A stretch of 64,000 nucleotides of DNA from Deltaproteobacteria bacterium CG11_big_fil_rev_8_21_14_0_20_45_16 (GCA_002787535.1 PCXB01000063.1:11935-75934); one strand, 5' to 3'; positions 1-10,395 are shown, counted from the stretch's first letter. The notes: a model not told the origin generated them from the sequence alone. A program made the numbers and translations.

Positions 1-501
1 GTGGGGCGACCGGGAAAATTTGTCACTCATGATCCCGATGAAGGTTTTTCAACAGCTGGTATTTGCTCGGATGAATTTGCACAGAATCGTGCCATTCCAT
101 CCATGTCTATTGAGTTTTTTCAGAAGGGATTTTCGAAGGAGGCAGAAATCTCCACGAAGGAATTTTTAGCAAATCTCTTAAATCAAGCCTCTTTGCATTT
201 AGGAAAGCCTGCATCCGAAATAAAAAGCTTGTCCAAAGAAAAAAATTCATTGGAGGTCTTTTGGATCATGTATCGAGAAAAGTTGCAATCGCGGGAAGAC
301 AGGCTTGTAGAGAACATGTCCAACCTTCAAGAAGTCAAAGCTGGTGAAGTGCTTGGCGTGCGTTCTGATAATCTTTCAATAGTTGCTCCTGAGACTGGGC
401 TTATTTTGTTTCCAAAATACCCTCATAAACTTCATCCGGCTGCGACCCTTCCAGAGAGTCTGTTTGTTTTGGCGCAAGCTCGAGAGGATCTTGACCCTTG
501 A
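1..501 (+). CDS. C-terminal fragment of an unidentified protein, truncated by the window start
   Basis: The ORF is open from base 1 and has no recognisable family motif. Confidence 0.35.
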   Translation: MGRPGKFVTHDPDEGFSTAGICSDEFAQNRAIPSMSIEFFQKGFSKEAEISTKEFLANLLNQASLHLGKPASEIKSLSKEKNSLEVFWIMYREKLQSREDRLVENMSNLQEVKAGEVLGVRSDNLSIVAPETGLILFPKYPHKLHPAATLPESLFVLAQAREDLDP

Positions 502-526
502 TTGGGGATTGAATAGTTCTTTGGAG

Positions 527-1504
527 ATGCAGGCGATAGAAAGATTATCAGAGAATTGGTTATATCCAGAGATTATTCCGTATCGTTCCGAGAAGTTAAA
601 AGTTTCGGAGAAGCATGACCTTTATTTTGAGGAGTGCGGAAATCCTAACGGCAAGCCTGTTGTCTTTTTGCATGGAGGGCCTGGCGCCGGGTGTAGCGCA
701 TCTCATCGACGTTTTTTTGATCCGCGTCGCTATCGAATTATTTTATTTGATCAGCGAGGTTGTGGTCGGAGTACGCCTCATGCGTCCTTGGATGAAAACA
801 CAACTTGGGATTTGGTCGAGGATATTGAAAAAATTCGCAAGCACTTAGGCGTGGAGCAGTGGCAAGTTTTTGGAGGTTCGTGGGGTAGTACTTTGGCCTT
901 AGCTTACGCTGAGACTCATCCCAGTCGAGTGACCGAGTTGGTGCTTCGAGGGATTTTTAGTTTACGCCAGCGTGAGTTGAAGTGGTTTTATCAAGATGGA
1001 GCGTCGTATTTGTTTCCAGATGCTTGGGAGAATTATTTGGCTGTGATACCAGAGGCGGAACGTGGGGATTTAGTAATGGCCTACCATAAACGATTAACTT
1101 CAGAAGATTCTGCAATGCGACTACGCGCCGCAAAAGCTTGGGCCAAATGGGAATTAAGTACGAGCGGTTTAATAGTTGGGGAAGAGAGTATCAGAGAGGC
1201 GGAGCGAGACGAGTTTGCCTTAGCGTTTTCGAGAATCGAATGTCACTACTTTGTGAATCGGGGGTTTTTTGAGCAAGATGATTTCCTTATTAGCAATATT
1301 CAAAAGATAAAGCATATTCCCACAGTCATTGTTCAGGGACGTTATGATGTCGTTTGCCCTATGGATACGGCTTGGGCTTTGCATCGAGCTTGGCCGGAGG
1401 CTGATTTTGTAATTGTCCCTGACGCGGGTCATTCGGCTTTTGAGGTTGGAATATCAAGAGCTCTGATTGCGGCTACGGATAAATTTTCAGATCTGACTTC
1501 TTGA
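527..1504 (+). CDS. pip: Proline iminopeptidase (alpha/beta-hydrolase, S33 family)
   Basis: Motifs HGGPGAG and GGSWGSTLALAYA (nucleophile elbow GxSxG) plus N-terminal YPEIxPY are typical of prolyl aminopeptidase. The start was moved to the internal Met at 527. Confidence 0.8.
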   Translation: MQAIERLSENWLYPEIIPYRSEKLKVSEKHDLYFEECGNPNGKPVVFLHGGPGAGCSASHRRFFDPRRYRIILFDQRGCGRSTPHASLDENTTWDLVEDIEKIRKHLGVEQWQVFGGSWGSTLALAYAETHPSRVTELVLRGIFSLRQRELKWFYQDGASYLFPDAWENYLAVIPEAERGDLVMAYHKRLTSEDSAMRLRAAKAWAKWELSTSGLIVGEESIREAERDEFALAFSRIECHYFVNRGFFEQDDFLISNIQKIKHIPTVIVQGRYDVVCPMDTAWALHRAWPEADFVIVPDAGHSAFEVGISRALIAATDKFSDLTS

Positions 1505-1590
1505 GTCACAAATTCTCAGCCTTGGCGCTTGAATTTCTTGCGCTGCATCCCTCATACTGTAAAAGTCATTAACCGAATTTTGGGGGAATT

Positions 1591-3164
1591 ATGAAACTAT
1601 CAAAACATCATATGGCCATTCTATCGGGCCTTGTCGTTATAGGAGCTGGCTTAGTATTTGTATCGTGTGGGGGCTCGTCGGGTTTAGCAACCTCATCAAG
1701 TTTAAGCGCGGATATTGCCATTGGCTCTCCGATGGTATCGACTTCTGGGTCCTCTCAAATTGTCGAAAGAGATTTCCAAGCGACAACAATTTCGGCAGCT
1801 ATTGAAGCAAGACGAACAGTTTTGCAAAATTTGTTGGATGCGACGGATAAGGAAGATTGTAATTTTGCTGTGGATTTACTCCGGTCAGAAAATGGCGATC
1901 GAGTCGAATGCTACGGGCCAATAGTGGATATAAATGGTGGATCGCATCCCGATCGGTGGAGCTGTTAATCAGCAGCTTCCAGGTCTCGATCTTGGATTTT
2001 GGAATACGACCCAATCTGGGGACGAGGCTTGTTCGTCGGCGCAACTTGGTGCGCTTGTAAATCAACATACAAAAGCGGCCTTTTTTGCTCAGCAGCTTGG
2101 GACAGCCGGCCGATGTTTTATGCAAAATGCGGGCATTAGTTTCCCGGCTTCTACAGCTGAAGCGGACAATGTTGAATTTTTAGCAGCAGAATTAACGGAT
2201 TTTGGGTTTACGAATGCCGAAGGTGATATTGTGGCCTTTGATGGTCTAAGCGTCAGCAAAATCGAGGACAGCGATTCAAACTCTGGGTTTAAATATGATG
2301 TTACAGGGACTGTGGTGGACAATACTGGAGACCCCAGCCTTTCATATTGTTTTTCAAAATGTTCCGACTTCGACCGGCTTTCATGGAAGAGCTTCTTGGT
2401 CGATCGCCGACGCGGCGGCTTCTGGCTTTAATTGTAGCGGTGAAGGCGGATCGGGTTTAACTTTTGCCGGTTATTTGACTTACGAAAAGTCGGGCACAAG
2501 TCTTAAACAGGAATTTAAGCACGCAGAATTTTGCAGTATTGATGAGGCTGATGATCGACTAGACGATGCCGATTATACAATCACCGCCTGTAACTATAAA
2601 AAGAGCGGAAATGCGACAGGTTGGGCGGATAATTTTAATGCTGCGAGATTTTCGTTTGATGTCGATAGTCTCGCTGGAAACTATGCTTATATCTGGCAAG
2701 CCGGAAAACAGGATCCGCGTAGTCGACGTTTTAGTTTTAAGGTGGATGTCGAAGGATCGGCGACGACCGCCAATGCCTATTATGGTTATGGACCAAGTGT
2801 TTATACAGAGGATTCCGAATGTGCTGAATTTTCGGATTATTTGATTGATGGAATGGTCTGCAATTGGACTGGACCCGGCGGTTTCTTGAGCAAGACTCCG
2901 GAAGAGCGTGATGCCATTGTTCAGCCCTATGTTCAACGTCAGACGCTTGAGTTGGTATCGGATGTGTGGACCGTAACGGATGAGCAAATTAAATATCCGC
3001 CGACAAACGCATGTACCTGTACCGGTGCTTGCGGCTTTACGTATCTGACTCCCGACGAAGATTTTTCAAACGACAGCGATCAGGTGGGAACGCCTATTTT
3101 TGATCTCGATGATTTTGCCGATTACGAAGCTGACTTTAGCGCACCTGGCGCACCGAGCTTTTAA
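1591..3164 (+). pseudogene. Putative secreted lipoprotein locus read through three overlapping frames: either a frameshifted gene or 2-3 overlapping small genes
   Basis: ORF 1591-1968 begins with the lipoprotein signal MKLSKHHMAILSGLVVIGAGLVFVSCGG. ORFs 1934-2431 and 2295-3164 follow in the +1 and +2 frames with 35-nt and roughly 135-nt overlaps. The last ORF is Cys- and Asp-rich and looks secreted. Confidence 0.3.
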
Positions 3165-4089
3165 TAAGCTCAGGGCTTTTGTCAGGCTTTTGAAGCAGGA
3201 CTTCGATAAAAGAAACAAATAAGGATTCGGGATCGTCGACCTTTCGGAAACATGAGGGCCACTTCCAAAGTGGCCCTTTGTTAAATAGATCCGGGGTTTC
3301 CTGATAAAAATGCGTATCAAAACTCAAACGCATTTTGTCGAATAAATTACGAAAATCCAGAATCGACCAGCCATTGCAAAAGCTCTTATCAAGGGAACCT
3401 CTGTTTTTTATGGAAAGATATTTATTCAAATCTTCGGGTCGGAAAAGGAATTGGCAATACGGGATCTTGATTCGATTATAGAGATGCAACCCCAGAGACG
3501 AGGGGAAGAGCGGGCCAAAGTAAAGGTATAGATAGCCTCCGGGCCTTAGAACGCGATGTGCTTCTTTTAAGGCTTTCTCGGGATTTGCAATATGTTCAAA
3601 GGCATCAAATGAAAAGATTAAATCAAATGATTGATCATCGAACTTAAGATCCTGAGCGTCCATTACGATAAAATCAAGAAATTTAGTTTTATTCATAGTT
3701 TCTGGTTGGGGAAGAACCTGATCCACACCAGTCGTGTGGATCCTATAATTCTGTGAAAGTAAACGACTGCAGGCTCCTGTTCCGCAGCCGAGTTCAAGGA
3801 CATTTTTCATTTGGTCGATACCAGGAACTCGACGATATATTTTTTTCAATCGTTCCGATGCAACACGCATCTCTTGCTCGTCCGAATAATTTTTTTGGGA
3901 GGCAGCAAACGATGTATCTCGAAATTGATGATCAAGCCGCTCGATCTCTTCAAAGGCTAGGTATTCAAATGTCGCGGAAGATGCATTAATGAGCCTTCTT
4001 GCCCGACGAAGCTGAATGCTTTTCACAAAATTTGCCGGTGGAATCAATACAGATTCTGGAACGTGGGTTTTCAAAAAATCCTTCCACAT
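3136..4089 (-). CDS. Class I SAM-dependent methyltransferase
   Basis: Motif I VLELGCGTGACSRLL and a post-motif acidic loop, followed by a FDLIFSFDAFEHI...VLRPGGYLYL Methyltransf_11-type core. Confidence 0.75.
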   Translation of the reverse strand: MWKDFLKTHVPESVLIPPANFVKSIQLRRARRLINASSATFEYLAFEEIERLDHQFRDTSFAASQKNYSDEQEMRVASERLKKIYRRVPGIDQMKNVLELGCGTGACSRLLSQNYRIHTTGVDQVLPQPETMNKTKFLDFIVMDAQDLKFDDQSFDLIFSFDAFEHIANPEKALKEAHRVLRPGGYLYLYFGPLFPSSLGLHLYNRIKIPYCQFLFRPEDLNKYLSIKNRGSLDKSFCNGWSILDFRNLFDKMRLSFDTHFYQETPDLFNKGPLWKWPSCFRKVDDPESLFVSFIEVLLQKPDKSPELIKSSVRQVR

Positions 4090-4216
4090 AGCGCTAGACG
4101 TAGAAATACTACACTAAAGGCAGGGTTGAGGGGAGGGAGAGTTCCACCAGGTCGTTGAGAATTTATGCGAAGGGGCGACTTGCACCTGATAGCCAGGCTC
4201 TACTAGAGTAGGGCCG

Positions 4217-6805
4217 ATGAAATCCGCCAACAGGACCAAGCAGGCTAACAAAGCTATCATTGATTGGATTATGGTTCGGGGTGCAAGGGAGAATAATCTT
4301 AAGGATCTGGATCTAGATTTGCCTAAGCGAAAGTTGATTGTGCTCACTGGACCGAGCGGAAGCGGAAAATCGACACTTGCCTTTGATACCATTTTTGCCG
4401 AGGGGCAACGCCGATATATTGAAAGTCTCTCAGCTTATGCCAAACAATTTGTGGAGCAACTTAAGCGGCCTGATGTTGAATCTATAACAGGGCTTTGTCC
4501 GTCCTTAGCGATTCAACAAAAAAAGATTTCTCAAAATCCTCGTTCGACTGTCGCGACAATTTCCGAAGTCTATGACTATCTTCGATTGCTTTATAGCCGT
4601 GTGGGCGAAGTGATTGACCCCAATACAGGAGAAAAATTATCTGCTCAATCCGTTGGTCAAATGACGGACGCTGTTTTACGTCTTGGCATTGGCGCCCGTA
4701 TTAGTGTTTTGGCCATTGTTGCCGAAAGGAAAAAGGGTGCCTTTGCAAAGGAGATTGAAAAATTTGTTCGCTTGGGTTTTGTTCGCGCGCGAATTGATGG
4801 CCTAGATTATGAGTTGCAGATCGGGCAAAAACTAGACAAAAACAAGCCGCATGACTTCGAAATCTATATTGATCGGCTGGTTGTTAAACCTGAAGCCAAT
4901 CTGCGGTTGCAGGATGCTATCGAAAAGGCTCTGGAATTTGGTGAGGGGAGATTTAAAATCGTTGTTCATTCTGAAAACGATCGTATCTTAGCTTTTAGTC
5001 GTAATTTGACTTCTTCCGATGGAAGTTTCTCTATTCCCGAAATGACTCCGCGTTTGTTTTCATTCAATTCCCCCATGGGGGCTTGCCCCGAGTGTAAAGG
5101 CATGGGGTATCTGGGCTTTGAAGAATGGGAGGCCTCCCAGGACTTTGATGAGCGAGTCGATGATGGCGAGGAACTCGCCGCTGAAGAGAATTTGCCTTGC
5201 CCCCTATGTAAGGGAAGTCGCCTGCGTTTAGAAAGCCGTTCGGTTTTTATCAATAATCTTAGTATCGATCAAATTCATGCCATGTCGATTCGCGAAGCGC
5301 TTTCGGCGATTCAAAGCTTTGAATTTCGAGGGAACCAGAAGCTCGTATCCGCTAAAATTATTGAAGAACTTGGCAATCGGTTGAGATTTTTAGAACAGGT
5401 AGGTTTGGATTACTTAAATCTAAATCGGATGACCAAAACCTTAAGTGGTGGGGAAGAGCAGCGAGTTCGCTTAGCCACTCAAATGGGGATTCATCTTCGA
5501 GGTGTTTTATATGTCTTGGATGAACCCAGCATTGGACTGCACCAACTTGATAATGATCGACTGATTGCCGCGATGAAGAGTCTTCGCGATATGGGCAATA
5601 CGGTTTTGGTTGTGGAACACGATATCGATACGATGCGTGCAGCCGATGAAATTATTGACCTTGGTCCGGGAGCCGGCATTCACGGGGGAGAAATTATTGA
5701 ACAGGCTACTCCTAGGGAGATGAAGCGAGGGCTTACGGCGGAGTTCCTTTCGGGCAAGCGTAAAATTGCCGTGCCCGAGGCACGGCGGCCTTTATCTAAG
5801 CGGTGGATAAAAATTAAATCGGCCAAAGTCCACAACTTAAAGGGTATTGATGTAAACATCCCGCTTGGGGTCTTTGTCGCGGTTGCCGGTGTGTCAGGCA
5901 GCGGAAAATCCAGCCTCATTCTTGAAGTCTTGGCCAAGAGTTTACGTGAGGAAAAATCTGTCAATTGTGAAGAGCTAAAAGGGGCCGAGAATATCGATAA
6001 ACTCATAGAAGTAAGTCAATCGCCTATAGGGCGCTCGCCTCGGAGCAATCCCGCCACCTATATTGATTTGTTTTCGGGAATTCGAGATTTGTATTCCAAA
6101 GTTCCCTTGGCACGGCAACGAGGATATGGCCTTGGTCGTTTTAGTTTCAATGTGAAAGGCGGTCGATGTGAAGCCTGTCAGGGTGCAGGGGAATCGAAGA
6201 TTCAGATGCATTTTTTGCCCAACGTCAAAGTGACCTGTGAAACCTGCCGCGGCCGACGTTATAATCCCGCGACGCTTGAATGTCTGTACAAAGGAAAGAC
6301 CATTCATGAAGTCTTGGAGATGAGTTTTGAAGAGGCTTTGGAGTTCTTTGAGGCCGTGCCTTATTTGCGATCGAAGATTCAGGTCGTTTATGATGTAGGG
6401 CTTGGCTATTTGAAGCTAGGGCAGGCGGCGACGACTCTGTCAGGGGGTGAGGCGCAGAGGATTAAGTTGGCGAAGCAGTTGGCCAAACGTCAGACAGGAA
6501 AAACTCTCTATATAATGGACGAGCCAACTTCGGGGCTGCACCATGTGGATGTGGAACAGCTGCTCAAGGTCTGTCAGAGGCTCGTGGATCAAGGAAATAG
6601 CTTAATCGTTATTGAGCATCATTTGGATGTTATCAAATCAGCGGATTATGTGATTGATATGGGTCCTTTGGGTGGGGATCGAGGTGGGGAGATCGTTGGA
6701 TTTGGAACACCCGAAGAATTGGTTAAGCTATCCGCTTCGCATACCGGAAGATTTTTAAAATCTTTTTTGTCGCATGGAAGGGCTGCCCGGGCTCGGGCCT
6801 CATAG
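4217..6805 (+). CDS. UvrA-family ABC ATPase paralog without insertion domain (class II-like)
   Basis: Motifs GPSGSGKSTLAFDTIFAEGQRRYIESLSAYAKQF, two LSGGE signatures and a C-terminal CxxC...CxxC zinc module. Only about 40 aa separate the two Cys pairs of zinc module 2, against about 120 in canonical UvrA. The zinc module 1 cysteines are absent. Confidence 0.8.
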   Translation: MKSANRTKQANKAIIDWIMVRGARENNLKDLDLDLPKRKLIVLTGPSGSGKSTLAFDTIFAEGQRRYIESLSAYAKQFVEQLKRPDVESITGLCPSLAIQQKKISQNPRSTVATISEVYDYLRLLYSRVGEVIDPNTGEKLSAQSVGQMTDAVLRLGIGARISVLAIVAERKKGAFAKEIEKFVRLGFVRARIDGLDYELQIGQKLDKNKPHDFEIYIDRLVVKPEANLRLQDAIEKALEFGEGRFKIVVHSENDRILAFSRNLTSSDGSFSIPEMTPRLFSFNSPMGACPECKGMGYLGFEEWEASQDFDERVDDGEELAAEENLPCPLCKGSRLRLESRSVFINNLSIDQIHAMSIREALSAIQSFEFRGNQKLVSAKIIEELGNRLRFLEQVGLDYLNLNRMTKTLSGGEEQRVRLATQMGIHLRGVLYVLDEPSIGLHQLDNDRLIAAMKSLRDMGNTVLVVEHDIDTMRAADEIIDLGPGAGIHGGEIIEQATPREMKRGLTAEFLSGKRKIAVPEARRPLSKRWIKIKSAKVHNLKGIDVNIPLGVFVAVAGVSGSGKSSLILEVLAKSLREEKSVNCEELKGAENIDKLIEVSQSPIGRSPRSNPATYIDLFSGIRDLYSKVPLARQRGYGLGRFSFNVKGGRCEACQGAGESKIQMHFLPNVKVTCETCRGRRYNPATLECLYKGKTIHEVLEMSFEEALEFFEAVPYLRSKIQVVYDVGLGYLKLGQAATTLSGGEAQRIKLAKQLAKRQTGKTLYIMDEPTSGLHHVDVEQLLKVCQRLVDQGNSLIVIEHHLDVIKSADYVIDMGPLGGDRGGEIVGFGTPEELVKLSASHTGRFLKSFLSHGRAARARAS

Positions 6806-6808
6806 TTT

Positions 6809-9556
6809 ATGTCTGAGGCTATCCGCATTGATGGAGCAAGACAGAATAATCTAAAGAATATTTCTTTAGATATACCTCTTGAGAAGTTTGTCTGTATTAC
6901 AGGTCCTAGTGGCTCAGGAAAAAGTAGCCTCGCCTTTGATACTCTCTATGCTGAGGGACATCGGCGTTATGTCGAATCTTTGAGCACCTATGCGCGGCAG
7001 TTTTTTGAAAAAATTCCTAAGCCTGATGTGGATAGCGTCGAAAATATTAGTCCGGCCATTGCCTTGCAGCAGCGAAACCCTGTAAAGAATTCTCGTTCGA
7101 GCTTAGGAACGACGACAGAAATTTATGACTATCTGAGGTTAATGTATTCTAAAGTTTCGGCGGCACATTGTCCGAAGGGCCATGGCCGAATCGAAGCTGA
7201 CAGTCCTCAGTCCGTCGCCGATCAAATTTTCTTGAAGTGGCCCCTAGAGGGGGAAAAGCGCCGGCTTGCGATTGGCTTTCGATTGGATCAGGCGAGTCTT
7301 GCCGATCAAATGATTGAGCGTGGATTCTTGCGAAGATTGGATGTCGATGCGGAAAGCCCAATGTCAGACTTGGAAGAGGAACGGGGTAAGAAACTTAAAC
7401 CAGGCAGTTATATTGTGATGGATCGCTTGGTTTTGACAAGCGCCCAGCGGCCCCGCCTTGTTGAAGCTTTGGAAGTAGCCTTTAAGCAAAGTCAAACAGC
7501 CGCTTTTGTCTGGGATTTTGAATCGAAAAAGCTTTTGGAGTTTAGTTCTAAGCGATCTTGTAATGAGTGCGGTCTCGAAGTTCCGGAGAGCCATCCACTT
7601 TTATTTTCTTTCAATTCTCCGCTTGGAGCCTGTGAGAATTGTAAAGGTTTTGGAAATACACTTGAATATGATGAAAGCTTATTAATTCCAAACACTCGTC
7701 TTAGTTTAGAGAAAGGTGCGATTGATCCCTTTACCAAGAAAATAATGATGAAGGGAAAGAAGAGACTATGGGAGTTTTGTAAAGAAAAAGGGATTCCCTT
7801 GGATGTTCCTTTTGCGCAGTTAAGTCAAACCCATCAGAAAATGATTCTTCGCGGCGAAGGGAAATTTAAGGGCGTCGTAGGGGTCTTCAAGAAATTTGAA
7901 GAAAAGAAATATAAGCTACATGTTCGCGTGTTTTTAAGGCGCTACCAGTCAAGCGTCATCTGTGAAATATGTAATGGCTCTCGTCTTAGGTCTGAAGCTC
8001 TGTGGTTTTTTATCGAAGAGAAAACCATTTATGATTTGGTCCAAATGCCACTCGAAAAACTCGAAGGTTGGTTCGGCGATTTAAAACTAAGTAAGCAATA
8101 TACCGAATTGTCTCGAGAGATTTTGCGCCAGATTCGATCGCGCCTACATTTTCTCAATCGGATAGGCTTGGGCTATTTGACTTTACATCGACTGACTAAG
8201 AGTTTGTCAGGAGGGGAATCGCAGCGTATCAATCTTGCCAATCAATTGGGCTCGGAGTTGTCAGGTACTCTTTATGTTTTGGACGAGCCAAGTATTGGAC
8301 TTCATGTTCGGGATCGTGATCGCCTTTTGGATTCTCTTAACGAACTTGTCAGTCGGGGGAATACGGTGGTTGTGGTTGAGCATGATCTGGATACGATAAA
8401 AGCAGCTGATGATGTGATCGAGCTTGGTCCGGGTAGTGGCCGGACTGGCGGGCAAATTATTTTTCAGGGTAGTCAAAAGGAGTTTGCGGCGAGTCAGACA
8501 CTAACCTCAGATTATTTGCAAAAACGTCGTCGTATCGAGCTCCCTAAGGAACGACGAACAGGGACGGCAAGATGGTTGAGTATCCAAGGGGCAACCGAGA
8601 ACAATTTACAGGGAGTGAATCTTAACATTCCCCTTAATCGTCTTGTGGGTGTGTCGGGGGTTTCGGGGAGTGGGAAGAGCAGTTTAATTCACGCAACCTT
8701 ATATAACGCTCTTGCTCGAATTTTTGAGCAGGCAACGGATCGTATTGGTAAGTTTTCGAAACTTTTTGGTGCTGAACTCATCAAAGGCATTTGTTTGTTG
8801 GATCAAAGTCCAATTGGTCGATCTTCTAGAAGTATTCCTTTAAGTATTATCGGGGGCTACGATGAGATGCGAAAAATATTTTCCCAAATTCCAGAGTCTA
8901 GGCGTCGCAATCTAACGCCTTCTCATTTTTCTTTTAATACGACCGGGGGCCGATGTGAAACTTGCCAGGGTGACGGCGTTGTCAAAACAGAGATGTATTT
9001 TTTGGATGATCTTTATTTGATGTGTGAAGATTGCGGCGGCAAGCGCTTTAAGAGAGAAATATTGGATATCCGCTATCGAGGGAAAAACATTTATGATGTC
9101 TTTCAAATGAGTGTCAGCGAAGCAAAGGACTTCTTTTCGCAATCTAAATCTTTGGTGCAGCGCTTTCAGACGCTCGAAAAAGTTGGATTGGGTTATTTGC
9201 AACTGGGCCAGCCCAGTTATGGCTTGTCTGGAGGCGAATCTCAGCGACTAAAAATCGCTACGGAGGTGGCCAATGTTCGTAAGAAATCAATTTTATACAT
9301 TCTTGATGAGCCCACGACGGGTCTGCATATTAGTGAGATAGAATTGCTAATTGCGTTGATGAATGAGCTTGTCGATTCTGGGAACACCGTTGTTGTTATC
9401 GAACATAATCTGGATATTTTAAAGTCCGTAGATTGGCTAATTGATTTGGGTCCTGAGGCTGGCGACAAAGGAGGACAAATCGTCGCGGAAGGCGAGCCGG
9501 AGCAGGTCGCCAAAGCCGAGACGCTCACCGGAAAAGCCCTGGCCAATTATTTGTAA
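6809..9556 (+). CDS. uvrA: Excinuclease ABC subunit A (full-length UvrA architecture, divergent)
   Basis: Motif GPSGSGKSSLAFDTLYAEGHRRYVESLSTYARQF. All three zinc modules are present (CPKG/CNEC, CENC...CEIC, CETC...CEDC), as are both LSGGE signatures. It starts 4 nt after the previous UvrA-like gene. Confidence 0.8.
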   Translation: MSEAIRIDGARQNNLKNISLDIPLEKFVCITGPSGSGKSSLAFDTLYAEGHRRYVESLSTYARQFFEKIPKPDVDSVENISPAIALQQRNPVKNSRSSLGTTTEIYDYLRLMYSKVSAAHCPKGHGRIEADSPQSVADQIFLKWPLEGEKRRLAIGFRLDQASLADQMIERGFLRRLDVDAESPMSDLEEERGKKLKPGSYIVMDRLVLTSAQRPRLVEALEVAFKQSQTAAFVWDFESKKLLEFSSKRSCNECGLEVPESHPLLFSFNSPLGACENCKGFGNTLEYDESLLIPNTRLSLEKGAIDPFTKKIMMKGKKRLWEFCKEKGIPLDVPFAQLSQTHQKMILRGEGKFKGVVGVFKKFEEKKYKLHVRVFLRRYQSSVICEICNGSRLRSEALWFFIEEKTIYDLVQMPLEKLEGWFGDLKLSKQYTELSREILRQIRSRLHFLNRIGLGYLTLHRLTKSLSGGESQRINLANQLGSELSGTLYVLDEPSIGLHVRDRDRLLDSLNELVSRGNTVVVVEHDLDTIKAADDVIELGPGSGRTGGQIIFQGSQKEFAASQTLTSDYLQKRRRIELPKERRTGTARWLSIQGATENNLQGVNLNIPLNRLVGVSGVSGSGKSSLIHATLYNALARIFEQATDRIGKFSKLFGAELIKGICLLDQSPIGRSSRSIPLSIIGGYDEMRKIFSQIPESRRRNLTPSHFSFNTTGGRCETCQGDGVVKTEMYFLDDLYLMCEDCGGKRFKREILDIRYRGKNIYDVFQMSVSEAKDFFSQSKSLVQRFQTLEKVGLGYLQLGQPSYGLSGGESQRLKIATEVANVRKKSILYILDEPTTGLHISEIELLIALMNELVDSGNTVVVIEHNLDILKSVDWLIDLGPEAGDKGGQIVAEGEPEQVAKAETLTGKALANYL

Positions 9557-9606
9557 GACTTGCGTTCAGTATTTGAATGCGAGATCCTGATGAGGTGCAG
9601 ATTCTA

Positions 9607-10386
9607 ATGACAACGCCCGAATGGTTTCAAATTATTTCTACGATTCTTATTGGCACATGTATCGGGAGTTTTTTGAATGTGGTCATTGTCAGACTGCCAA
9701 GAGGACGATCCATTGTCAGTCCGGGTTCAAGAACCTTTCCGTGGCGATCCTCTATTCCCGCGTATCAAAATATTCCGGTTTTAAGCTACCTTTTGAATTT
9801 TGGCAGAGATCGCAAGTCGGGCTGGTTTTATTCCATTCGTTATCTGGTGATTGAAATCTTAACGCCAACAATTTTTTTGGCTTTATATTTTACGCATGGC
9901 TGGTCGATGACAGCTCTTGTCTATGCTCTTGTCTGTTCATGTTTGATTGCGGCATCTTTTATTGATCTTGATTTGCGAATTATTCCCGACTCATTAACCA
10001 TCGGGGTTTGGTTTGTGGCTATCTTGGCAGCTGCCTTTGAGGCTAAAGGCTATCCTCTGGATTTTCAATCGGCAGTCTTTGGCTCAATCATAGGCTATGG
10101 ATCATTCTGGTTGTTAAGCCGGTCCTATTATTGGATTACGGGCGAAGATGGGCTGGGCGGCGCGGATGTCAAATTGATGGGATTTATTGGTGCGGTTGTT
10201 GGATGGAAGGGTGTGATTGTGACGGTTTTGGTGGCCTCACTGTCGGGAGCCTTGGTGGGGCTATTTTTGATGATGGTTTATCGAAAAGGTCGACGATTTC
10301 CGATACCCTTTGGGCCATTTTTGGCAGCTGGGGCGATGGTCAGTATTTTTAGAATTGATGTTATCGATTGGTTGCTTCTTAGCTAG
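9607..10386 (+). CDS. pilD: Type IV prepilin leader peptidase (A24 family) lacking the N-terminal tetracysteine box
   Basis: Motifs FLNVVIVRLP, IDLDLRIIPD, GGADVKLMGFIGAVVGW and PFGPFLAAGA. The CxxC...CxxC region is replaced by SPGSRTFPWRSSIP. Confidence 0.75.
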   Translation: MTTPEWFQIISTILIGTCIGSFLNVVIVRLPRGRSIVSPGSRTFPWRSSIPAYQNIPVLSYLLNFGRDRKSGWFYSIRYLVIEILTPTIFLALYFTHGWSMTALVYALVCSCLIAASFIDLDLRIIPDSLTIGVWFVAILAAAFEAKGYPLDFQSAVFGSIIGYGSFWLLSRSYYWITGEDGLGGADVKLMGFIGAVVGWKGVIVTVLVASLSGALVGLFLMMVYRKGRRFPIPFGPFLAAGAMVSIFRIDVIDWLLLS

Positions 10387-10395
10387 GCTTCATTC

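Noticed and set aside
2559-2987. Numerous antisense or alternative-frame ORFs of 60-150 aa inside longer genes, for example 2559-2987(-), 4966-5253(-), 17210-17551(-) and 39493-40071(+)
   Set aside because: They lie wholly within strongly supported genes on the other strand or frame, have low-complexity composition and no motifs. They are treated as spurious.
4200-4211. Short inverted repeat CTACT-AG-AGTAG just upstream of the first uvrA-like ATG, considered as a LexA/SOS box
   Set aside because: It has only 5-bp arms, matches no LexA consensus I know (for example CTGT-N8-ACAG or GTTC-N7-GTTC), and overlaps the likely RBS.
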